A model generated the notes under the pieces. It searched no databases, had not been told where the DNA came from, and was given only the letters and a program-made list of their open reading frames with translations. From a virus (Duplodnaviria > Caudoviricetes), in the IMG/VR virus record IMGVR_UViG_3300012953_000101, positions 1-33,717 of that record: a stretch of DNA of 33,717 bases. The stretch is one strand, 5' to 3'. This document shows, piece after piece, positions 26,469 through 33,717 of this stretch (the stretch's first letter is position 1; every line of letters starts with the position of its first letter). The position numbers were made by a program, and so were the translations under genes.

Positions 26469-26957
26469 ATGGCAGAAACATTATCAGTTGGAGATATGCT
26501 ACCCAACAAATTCGAGCCAAAGAGAAAGTTTAGATGGGTTTTTGCCATCGAAGGTATTGACGCATTCTTAATGAAGTCTGCAGCTCGACCATCAGTTTCC
26601 GTTGGTGAAACAACTATTGAGTACATCAATAGAAGAAGATACCTCGCAGGTAAACTCTCTTACGAAGCATTGAGCGTAACGCTCTATGATCCAATTGCAC
26701 CGTCTGGAGCACAACAAGTTATGGAGTGGATTAGAACTCATTCTGAAACTGTTTCAGGTCGCGCCGGCTACGCAGATTTCTATAAGAGAGATTGCCAACT
26801 TAAAATGCTTGACCCTGTAGGTAGTGTTGTTGAGCTTTGGGATCTTAAAGGTTGTTTCTTAACAGCGGCTAACTTTGGCGATCTAGATTATGGTACAGAA
26901 GATGCTACCGAAATTGCTTTAACAATCCGTTTCGATAACTGCGTACTTCAGTACTGA
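26469..26957 (+). CDS. gp19: Tail tube protein (gp19-like)
   Basis: 162 aa after the sheaths. FEPKRKFRW, YLAGK, TLYDPI..AQQVMEW, YKRD..L.MLDP.G.VVE.W.L.G.F, LDY, LTIRFD. SD AAGGAG. Confidence 0.9.
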   Translation: MAETLSVGDMLPNKFEPKRKFRWVFAIEGIDAFLMKSAARPSVSVGETTIEYINRRRYLAGKLSYEALSVTLYDPIAPSGAQQVMEWIRTHSETVSGRAGYADFYKRDCQLKMLDPVGSVVELWDLKGCFLTAANFGDLDYGTEDATEIALTIRFDNCVLQY

Positions 26958-26972
26958 TTTATATCAAAAAAT

Positions 26973-27074
26973 CTAAATCAACTCCTAAGATTATCAAAAC
27001 TTTCATTTTACAAACTAGATAGAATGTTTTGAATTATATAGTACAAGATTACTATATTCTTAGGAGTTGTTTAG
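26973..27074 (+). promoter_or_regulatory. Long inverted repeat covering the RBS of the gp26-like gene
   Basis: CTAAA-T-CAACTCCTAAGA (26973-26990) pairs with TCTTAGGAGTTG-TTTAG (27058-27074): 17 bp with one bulge, containing the AGGAG SD. Confidence 0.7.
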
Positions 27075-27075
27075 T

Positions 27076-27915
27076 ATGTCAGACAAGAAAAACAAAAGAA
27101 ATGAAGTGTTCGCAACTCAAGGTCACGAAACTAGAGATGTGATGATGGATGACTTTGGCTACCAAGTCCCGGTTGAGAATGTTCCTCTTCCATCTAGGGG
27201 AGTAGTTTATCCAGCAGATTCAAAAATGCACGGCAAAGAAATGTTATCTATCCGAGCAATGACTGCTAGAGAAGAAGATATTTTAACTTCTAAAGCTCTT
27301 ATAAAGAAGGGCACAGTAATATCAGAACTCTTAAAATCGTGTATTGTGGATGAAGGCTTTCACCCGGAACAATGCTTAGTTGGCGATAGAAACGCTTTAA
27401 TGATAGCTTTAAGAGTTACTGGTTATGGAGCTTCTTATAGAGTTGAAGTAGACTGCCCTGCATGCTCAAATAGATCTAAGCAAGAGTTTAATTTAACAGA
27501 ATTACCATTAAAGAGATTACAGATTGAGCCAGTTTCTTTAGGGGCAAATCTTTTTGAAGTAGAGCTTCCAATGACTAAAAAGGCAGTTAGGTTTAAATTC
27601 TTAACAGGCCAAGATGAAAGAGACATTAGCCAAATAACAGAAAGAAGAAAGAAGCAAGGCATGGTAGCAGATAGTTTAGTTACCACAAGACTACAGTATC
27701 AAATTGTTAGTATCGATGGTATTACTGATAAGAGTAAAATTAATATGTTTATTAGGAATATGCCAGCTAGAGATTCTCTATTTTTAAGAAAATTTGTAGA
27801 TAAGAATGAGCCTGGCATTGACATGAAATCATGGATGGATTGCCCTAGTTGCATGGAGACTTCGGAGGTTAGACTGCCCCTTGGGGCGGCGTTTTTTTGG
27901 CCTGACTCCGAATGA
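27076..27915 (+). CDS. Baseplate hub assembly / tail chaperone protein (T4 gp26-like)
   Basis: LPSRGVVY, MTAREEDIL, DRNALMIALR, two Zn knuckles (CPAC, CPSC), terminal FFWPD. SD AGGAG supports ATG 27076 rather than TTG 27067. Confidence 0.8.
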   Translation: MSDKKNKRNEVFATQGHETRDVMMDDFGYQVPVENVPLPSRGVVYPADSKMHGKEMLSIRAMTAREEDILTSKALIKKGTVISELLKSCIVDEGFHPEQCLVGDRNALMIALRVTGYGASYRVEVDCPACSNRSKQEFNLTELPLKRLQIEPVSLGANLFEVELPMTKKAVRFKFLTGQDERDISQITERRKKQGMVADSLVTTRLQYQIVSIDGITDKSKINMFIRNMPARDSLFLRKFVDKNEPGIDMKSWMDCPSCMETSEVRLPLGAAFFWPDSE

Positions 27916-28150
27916 TAAAGAGGTATATTTAGAAGAAACATTTCTTCTGATGTACTATATGGGCTTTACTTACCAAGAGTGTTACGACTTAGCGATATAT
28001 AAACGTAGATGGTTTATTAATAGGCTGAATGAAGAAATTAAAAAAGCCCAAGGAGCTTCTAGAGGCGCAGCGTCAAATGATTCCGGCACTAGAACTCTTC
28101 AGGGAAGACAAAGAAGCCAAGTACCGGCAAAGTTACGTAGGTTTACCTGA
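27881..28150 (+). CDS. Small gp51-like domain ORF, probably translated by frameshift from the gp26-like gene
   Basis: +1-frame ORF overlapping the upstream 3' end across a T7 run. Sequence YLEETFLLMYYMGFTYQECYDLAIYKRRWFINRL. The start is unconvincing. Confidence 0.65.
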   Translation: MGRRFFGLTPNDKEVYLEETFLLMYYMGFTYQECYDLAIYKRRWFINRLNEEIKKAQGASRGAASNDSGTRTLQGRQRSQVPAKLRRFT

Positions 28151-28156
28151 TGGTGA

Positions 28157-28169
28157 ATATTTATATTTA
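28157..28169 (+). promoter_or_regulatory. Overlapping double ATATTTA motif
   Basis: TGGTGAATATTTATATTTAT, 33 nt upstream of ATG 28190. Confidence 0.55.
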
Positions 28170-28189
28170 TCGAAACCGGAGATAAATCA

Positions 28190-28438
28190 ATGAGTTCAAA
28201 GGGACCTAAGAAGCTAATGGCTGCCTCAGCTGCATATATAATGGGTATATCACCAATGGTTAAAGTCAAGGGAAGTAAGAGCAAACTAGAAGCTTATAGC
28301 AGCGTTTTAAATTGCTCTAAAGATCTTTATGAAAACCTTTTAAACGGAAATAAATTATTAATATCAGAGTCCATAGAGAAAAAGAAAACACTTTCAAAAA
28401 AATTTAAAAAAGAGTTTGGTTGGTCGTGGCCATTTTAA
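28190..28438 (+). CDS. Small basic hypothetical protein before the tape measure
   Basis: 82 aa, SD GGAG, ends KFKKEFGWSWPF. Confidence 0.75.
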   Translation: MSSKGPKKLMAASAAYIMGISPMVKVKGSKSKLEAYSSVLNCSKDLYENLLNGNKLLISESIEKKKTLSKKFKKEFGWSWPF

Positions 28439-28482
28439 GGTATTTGTTTGATTGCTATTTCATCTGATTTTTTGCGTGGTGA

Positions 28483-28489
28483 ATACTTA
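28483..28489 (+). promoter_or_regulatory. ATAnTTA motif upstream of the tape measure
   Basis: TGGTGAATACTTAT, nearly identical to the copy at 28151-28164. 43 nt upstream of GTG 28526. Confidence 0.55.
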
Positions 28490-28525
28490 TCAAACAGGCA
28501 ACTTTTATTTTTATAGTGTGGCACA

Positions 28526-31500
28526 GTGGCATCAATAGACGATCTTCAAACTCAGCTAGACCTTGTTAACCAATTAAATGCTGCGCTTCGTGAGCGTAAC
28601 AGCATCTTGAATGACATGAATGCTGCTGGATCTCAGCAAGCAGACATAAATTCAAGATTAGCCGAATCTTTAAATGAGATGGGCGATTCAAATCAGCAAT
28701 CCGCCAGTGGAATATCTGACCTAGCTGGAAGCCTTAATGACTTAGGCGACTCTGGTGGAGGTATTGACAGTTTAAGTAAAGGTTTAGGCGGAATTGGAAA
28801 AACCGGGGCTGGCAGCTTTTTAAAGCTCGGCGGCCAAATGGCAATCTTCGGCGGCACAGCAATTAACGTAATTGAAAAAGTTGGTTCATCTTTCGAAGCC
28901 ACCTTAGCCGCAGCTACCGGTGGTATAAGTGTTATAATTAACCTTGTCATGAGTGTTGCTGGCGCGCTGGGCGGCTTCATGGATACTTTTGGTGCAGCTG
29001 CTGTAAAAATGGCCCAAGAAGGAGTTCAAGTTCGCCAAGCTTGGGAGGGAGTTGCTAATGAGTTTGGTAGAGGTTCACAAAACTTTGAAGCCATAGCGGG
29101 AACTGTAGCCGAGATGGGCGACTCAGTCGCTGGTTCGTCTAGAATCTTTGGTTACGGTGGCGAAGGTATGGCAGCCAAAATTGCATTTGTATCAGAAATG
29201 GCATCAGGATTAGGATCTCAGTTTGAATTAATGCGCGACGAATTAGTAGCTAACGCTGGAGAGTTTATAGTTGCTAAGAAAGCTCTAGGTTTCTCTGCTG
29301 AAGCGTTTGCTAATCTTGGTCGGGCAGCCCGATCTTCTGGTCAAGATCTTGGAAACGTCATGAGAACGCAAATGCAGCAGACCGTTCACTTGTCTAAGAC
29401 GTTTGGTGTAAGTTCAATGACGATCGGCAAGAATGTTAGTGCCATGGCTGAAGATATGGCGACATTTGGTAGCGCTACTTCGAAAAGTTTCGTTGCTGCT
29501 GCTGCATATGCTGGCAAGTTAGGCGTAGAAATTAAAGCGCTACAGGGACTAACTGGTAAAACTGACGATTTTGAAGGAGCTGCACAAGCAGCTTCTGAAC
29601 TAGCGCAAACATTTGGCGTTACTGTTGACACTATGGATTTGATGACTGCTGATCCTGCTGAAAAGCTTGAAATGTTAAGAAAAGGCTTCGCAGAAACTGG
29701 AAAATCTTTTGCTGATATGAGTCGCCAAGAGAAACAACGACTTGCAGACATAAGTGGGATGGATGTTGGTGATCTATCCAATGCATTAGACCCATCAAAC
29801 GCTGATGTTGCTTTAGGAGACTTTGAAGATGCAGCTGCAGATGCAGCCGCTGGTGCATTAACACAAGAAGAAGCCATGATGAAGCTTACTGAGCAAATGG
29901 GTAAGTTCGTTGACACATTAAGTGATATGGAATCTGGGCCGTTTGCTAATCTTTTTGCTGGATTTAGCAAAGGATTATTTTATAGCAAAGGAATGCAGTC
30001 TTTGCTAGGCGATGTTTATGACTCTCTTAGAGATATGTACAATATTGGACTTGAGCTCGGCCAAGTTTTTGGAGAAGCTTTTGGCGAGGGTGGTGGATTA
30101 GAATTCCTAGCAGATTATATTCGATATTGGTTTTCTCGTTTTCCAAAAATAATGGCAAATGTAACTTCAGCGTTTAGAACATTTTTTGAAGCTATAAAAG
30201 ATCCATCAACTGCTGTTGATGCCTTAGGAAATCTCATTAATGATATTTTTGGTCAAGGTTTAAGTGATGGAAACATGCAAGAGTTTGCTGCCAAGACCAT
30301 GCAGTTTTTCTTAAAAGTGTTTGACTTAGGCTTTGGAATGCTAATAGGCGCTATTCCACAAGTTGTTGGTATGGCTGTTGATTTCTTAATAGACATGCTT
30401 AACGGTTTAACAGATTGGCTCAATGGAAACTCAGAGTCAAGCGGAAAAGATGTGGCTAACTCTATGTTTCCAACCATTACAGCCGCGTTGGGTCAACTCA
30501 TACCAAAATTAGCTGAAATACCGTGGGGAGAACTTGTATCTGCTCTTTGGACAGCGCTAAAAACAGGATTTGAGAAAAGACCAGCAGAAACCATCGCAGT
30601 TTTGACTTCTATCTTGCTATTACCATTCGGCGGCCCAATTATTGCTGCAGCTCTAGGAGCAGTAAAATTATTCGTATGGAATAAACTTTCTAATATTTTT
30701 GGTAAGAAGCTTATAGGCGAGGGTGTTGAACAAGCTATGAAAAAAGCAGGCCCTGGTTTAACTTCAAAGATTGGGGCCTTCTTTAAGGGTATAATGCCAA
30801 AAAGTTTAGCCGCATTCGGCGCAAAAGCAGGGTCATTAGCATCAAAAATCTTCCCACCGGCGATGGCAGTCGCTATTGCATTAGGTGTAGGTGACTCAAT
30901 AGGCGAAACTAGAGAAAGAATTGGCACAAGATTTGAAGATGAGTTTAGCACTCTCGGTGCCCAGGCTGGGATTGGTGCTGCTTCAGTTTTAGACGCACTA
31001 ACAATGGGTTTACTTCCAGACGAATGGATTACAACTTTCGGTGAAGTGATCGCTTCTGTTGGAGATTTTGCTACTGACCTCCTTGATGCTATTGGGCTAG
31101 GATATGTTGCCGAGCTCATAGGCTTGCAGATTAATAATTTCTTAGACGTAATAAAAGGATTCTCTGATATAATAATAGGGATGTTCACTGGAGATATTGA
31201 TCAAGTATCTGAAGGATTTTCTTCTTTAGTCGAAGGATTTGTTGGATTCTTTGCTAACATTGGAGCTTCACTTACAAGATTCTTCATGGAGACTTTGCCA
31301 ACATGGCTTTCTAACATCGGAGGCTGGTTAGGAGACGCTGCTCTTTGGATAGCAACTGACGGAGCTAAAATGCTCTTTAATGGAATTAAGAAGGCGATTA
31401 AGTTTATTGGAAAAACCTTAAAGACGCTATTTATGGGATTGTGGAATTTTATAACAAGCCCAACAGAATGGATGAGAATAGCCAGAAACGCTGGCCGGGG

Positions 31501-32989
31501 AGTTGAGTCTATTCTAGAAGGAATGGCTAATGTCTGGGAAGATATTCCTGAACAATTCATGGAAAAAATTAGAGAAATGTGGACTGCTTTTAAAGAATAC
31601 TGGGGCATCAATTCAGAAAGTACTTTAATGAGGGAAGCTTCTGAGTGGATCCTGGCTGGATTCTTTGGTCCATTCGAAGGTATCAGTGAAACATTTAATG
31701 CAATCTGGTCGGGAATGGTCGATGGAGTTTCCGGGTACTGGGAAGACTTGAAAGATTTAGTTAGCGCCACTGAAATCTCAGAATGGGCGACAGGTATCAT
31801 TGAAGATATCGGTAAAATACCATCAAAAATGGGAACATATATCTCCACAGCCTGGACAAACTTAACTACCACATTTTCTTGGAAAAATATCAAAGAGGTT
31901 GGTGACAATCTTCTAGAAGGTCTTTTACAGGCAATCCGGGGTCTTCCTGCTGAAATCAGACGGATTGCCGAGAATGCAATTAGAGAAATGGGCGCCGGCT
32001 TCTTGATCGACAGTCCTTCCAAAGCAACTAACGAAATGGGGCATTTTCTAATTGAAGGGCTCATGCAGCAGGTTCTATTATTACCAGATCTACTAAGAGA
32101 GGCAGCTGTAATGGCTATGGACATGATGTCTGAAGCAATTGGGTCAATGATTGGCAATATCACAACCTTGTTTATGGAAACAATGGTCGGCTTAGTGGAA
32201 ACAGTAGTTGGTGGAATGGCAGATGTACAAATTGCCTTCTTAGATTCTTTTACAAGAGTTTTCGACGCTGTTATGGGAGTGGTTCAAAGCTCGGTGTCTC
32301 AAATAGTCGACACCTTCATGATAGCGTTTAGCGGATTATCAGAAGTAATATTGTCTTCTGGAATATTAGAAGCAGTTCAAGCTGTTGGTGTAAGAATGAT
32401 AGCGGTGTTTGAAATTACAGCACTTGGAATTGCTAGCGTAGTAGATACAATTTTCTCGACTATGGTAAGTGGGATTGAGAGGGTAGTTTCCTTGATGGAT
32501 CAAGTTATTCGTACTGTAAGTATGGTCTCTGGATTTACAGGAATGGGCGATATAATACGGGGCGCGATGAGCTTCTTCGGCGGAAGCGATAGTGCCGCTG
32601 ACAGAATATCAGCATTTGGAAATACTTTTGATGCAGTTGTAGCAACAGAAAAAAGCCTTCAAGCTGTTGAAAATATAATCCAATCTAGAACAGGAGAGGC
32701 TGGCGAGGCTACTGCCACTAGAATTGCAGCCCTTGTTGAAGCATACAACCAAACTGCCGAGAGTCTTCTCCAGATTAAGCCTATAAATATAGATGCGGTC
32801 CTTGAGCAAGTGAATGATTCACTTAGAGTTAGGAGAGATAAGGTTACAATTGATGATGGTAATGTTACTATTAACTTAAGCTTGAATGTTACTATGAAGG
32901 CCGAAGATGTTGCAATTCCGTTAGTTGAGGCTGATCTCGTTGCTAAGGGAACCAGTGATAAAGTTTCAAGCCTCGGTCGAACAACTTAG
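28526..32989 (+). CDS. Tape measure protein
   Basis: 1487 aa, Ala/Gly-rich amphipathic helical, with hydrophobic segments and periodic W/F. Canonical position after the tube and chaperone genes. The start codon is uncertain. Confidence 0.87.
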   Translation: MASIDDLQTQLDLVNQLNAALRERNSILNDMNAAGSQQADINSRLAESLNEMGDSNQQSASGISDLAGSLNDLGDSGGGIDSLSKGLGGIGKTGAGSFLKLGGQMAIFGGTAINVIEKVGSSFEATLAAATGGISVIINLVMSVAGALGGFMDTFGAAAVKMAQEGVQVRQAWEGVANEFGRGSQNFEAIAGTVAEMGDSVAGSSRIFGYGGEGMAAKIAFVSEMASGLGSQFELMRDELVANAGEFIVAKKALGFSAEAFANLGRAARSSGQDLGNVMRTQMQQTVHLSKTFGVSSMTIGKNVSAMAEDMATFGSATSKSFVAAAAYAGKLGVEIKALQGLTGKTDDFEGAAQAASELAQTFGVTVDTMDLMTADPAEKLEMLRKGFAETGKSFADMSRQEKQRLADISGMDVGDLSNALDPSNADVALGDFEDAAADAAAGALTQEEAMMKLTEQMGKFVDTLSDMESGPFANLFAGFSKGLFYSKGMQSLLGDVYDSLRDMYNIGLELGQVFGEAFGEGGGLEFLADYIRYWFSRFPKIMANVTSAFRTFFEAIKDPSTAVDALGNLINDIFGQGLSDGNMQEFAAKTMQFFLKVFDLGFGMLIGAIPQVVGMAVDFLIDMLNGLTDWLNGNSESSGKDVANSMFPTITAALGQLIPKLAEIPWGELVSALWTALKTGFEKRPAETIAVLTSILLLPFGGPIIAAALGAVKLFVWNKLSNIFGKKLIGEGVEQAMKKAGPGLTSKIGAFFKGIMPKSLAAFGAKAGSLASKIFPPAMAVAIALGVGDSIGETRERIGTRFEDEFSTLGAQAGIGAASVLDALTMGLLPDEWITTFGEVIASVGDFATDLLDAIGLGYVAELIGLQINNFLDVIKGFSDIIIGMFTGDIDQVSEGFSSLVEGFVGFFANIGASLTRFFMETLPTWLSNIGGWLGDAALWIATDGAKMLFNGIKKAIKFIGKTLKTLFMGLWNFITSPTEWMRIARNAGRGVESILEGMANVWEDIPEQFMEKIREMWTAFKEYWGINSESTLMREASEWILAGFFGPFEGISETFNAIWSGMVDGVSGYWEDLKDLVSATEISEWATGIIEDIGKIPSKMGTYISTAWTNLTTTFSWKNIKEVGDNLLEGLLQAIRGLPAEIRRIAENAIREMGAGFLIDSPSKATNEMGHFLIEGLMQQVLLLPDLLREAAVMAMDMMSEAIGSMIGNITTLFMETMVGLVETVVGGMADVQIAFLDSFTRVFDAVMGVVQSSVSQIVDTFMIAFSGLSEVILSSGILEAVQAVGVRMIAVFEITALGIASVVDTIFSTMVSGIERVVSLMDQVIRTVSMVSGFTGMGDIIRGAMSFFGGSDSAADRISAFGNTFDAVVATEKSLQAVENIIQSRTGEAGEATATRIAALVEAYNQTAESLLQIKPINIDAVLEQVNDSLRVRRDKVTIDDGNVTINLSLNVTMKAEDVAIPLVEADLVAKGTSDKVSSLGRTT

Positions 32990-33001
32990 GAGATAGTCTA
33001 A

Positions 33002-33286
33002 ATGGGAAAAAAGAAAAACATAGATTTTGATGAGTCCGGCCCTTATGGGGTTGGTGATGATCCAGAAGAAATAAAAAACATGGACGTTTTTAAAACGCTG
33101 CAGAAAACGCCTGCGTTTCAACAGATAATCGAAGATTTAAACGAAGAACAGCGAGATCATGTTCTTAAAGAGTCAGAGTTATTTGCTGGTCGCTGGCAAA
33201 AAGTTATTGGTTCAATGGCCAAAGTCTTGGAGACACCTGAAGGACAGAGAGAGTTTTTAAAACAGCTAAAGAAAAGATCAGGTTAA
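33002..33286 (+). CDS. Hypothetical protein
   Basis: 94 aa, strong SD TAGGAG overlapping the TMP stop. Confidence 0.75.
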   Translation: MGKKKNIDFDESGPYGVGDDPEEIKNMDVFKTLQKTPAFQQIIEDLNEEQRDHVLKESELFAGRWQKVIGSMAKVLETPEGQREFLKQLKKRSG

Positions 33287-33288
33287 TG

Positions 33289-33295
33289 ATATTTA
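33289..33295 (+). promoter_or_regulatory. ATAnTTA motif
   Basis: ATATTTA 33 nt upstream of ATG 33322. Confidence 0.5.
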
Positions 33296-33321
33296 GTATC
33301 TAAAGGTAGTGTAACGGTCTA

Positions 33322-33717
33322 ATGGCAAATAAGAACGAAACTAATAAATTATATGCTCCAAAAGGTGATCCTTCAGCCCCAAGTGTGCCTCCAGATTTAG
33401 ATGTACCAAAAAGCGATCTACTAGAATCAGCAATTGAATCTCTAAGCGATTATATGATTGCTGAAACTGAGAAAGTGAATAAGTATAGACCACCTACCGC
33501 TCCTAAAATTAACGTAGAGCCATCAACTAAAGAAAGTCTTTCTACTCCAAAATCTACATCTGTTGATTCATCTTCGACTGCATTTATGCTAGATGTTTTA
33601 GAAGAAGCCTCTGCATATTTTGATCACATATCAGGCGGTGGTGATCCAGAAACTAGATCGGGCGGCTTTTTCGATGAAGAAACCCTGCAGACTTTAATTG
33701 ATAAAACTAGCCAAGTA
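33322..33717 (+). CDS. Hypothetical protein, 3' truncated (absent from the ORF track)
   Basis: ATG 33322 opens a frame with no stop to the window end (MANKNETNKLYAPKGDPSAPSVPPDLDVPKSDLLESAIESLSDYM..., 132 codons), preceded by AAGGT and the motif. Confidence 0.75.
   Translation, partial: MANKNETNKLYAPKGDPSAPSVPPDLDVPKSDLLESAIESLSDYMIAETEKVNKYRPPTAPKINVEPSTKESLSTPKSTSVDSSSTAFMLDVLEEASAYFDHISGGGDPETRSGGFFDEETLQTLIDKTSQV

Noticed and set aside
28693-32809. Long minus-strand ORFs (up to 320 aa) within the tape measure
   Set aside because: Antisense shadows of a codon-biased gene. No SD or motifs, and they are fully nested in a well-supported + strand CDS.
20074-32989. Bacterial extracellular contractile injection system or tailocin
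   Set aside because: The tail genes are contiguous with terminase, portal, protease and capsid genes, so this is a phage virion module.
1-33717. tRNA, rRNA, CRISPR arrays, IS elements
   Set aside because: Intergenic gaps are at most about 130 nt and show no cloverleaf, repeat-spacer pattern or transposase.

Overview
The window is part of the genome of a large, AT-rich myophage distantly related to T4. All credible genes lie on the + strand, and the ORFs at both edges are truncated. In order: a fused Mre11/SbcD-Rad50/SbcC nuclease-ATPase, a small Cys-rich protein, a hypothetical protein and a SAM methyltransferase; the head module (large terminase, gp20-like portal, gp21-like prohead protease, several small head-associated ORFs, an acidic scaffold, and a gp23-like major capsid protein followed by a strong terminator); a two-gene cassette encoding a tubulin/FtsZ-superfamily GTPase; neck and tail-completion genes; two tandem paralogous tail sheaths, a tail tube, a gp26-like hub/chaperone and the tape measure. 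Main observations: (1) a tubulin with no C-terminal tail and an acidic N-terminal arm, placed between the capsid and neck genes; (2) a motif ATAnTTA 27-43 nt upstream of most structural genes; (3) long hairpins that cover ribosome-binding sites; (4) a probable +1/-2 frameshift at TTT TTT T in the gp26-like gene; (5) a probable nested short scaffold isoform; (6) enrichment of [S/T]-[G/A/S]-S in surface virion proteins. All family calls come from motifs read by eye; no database search was run.
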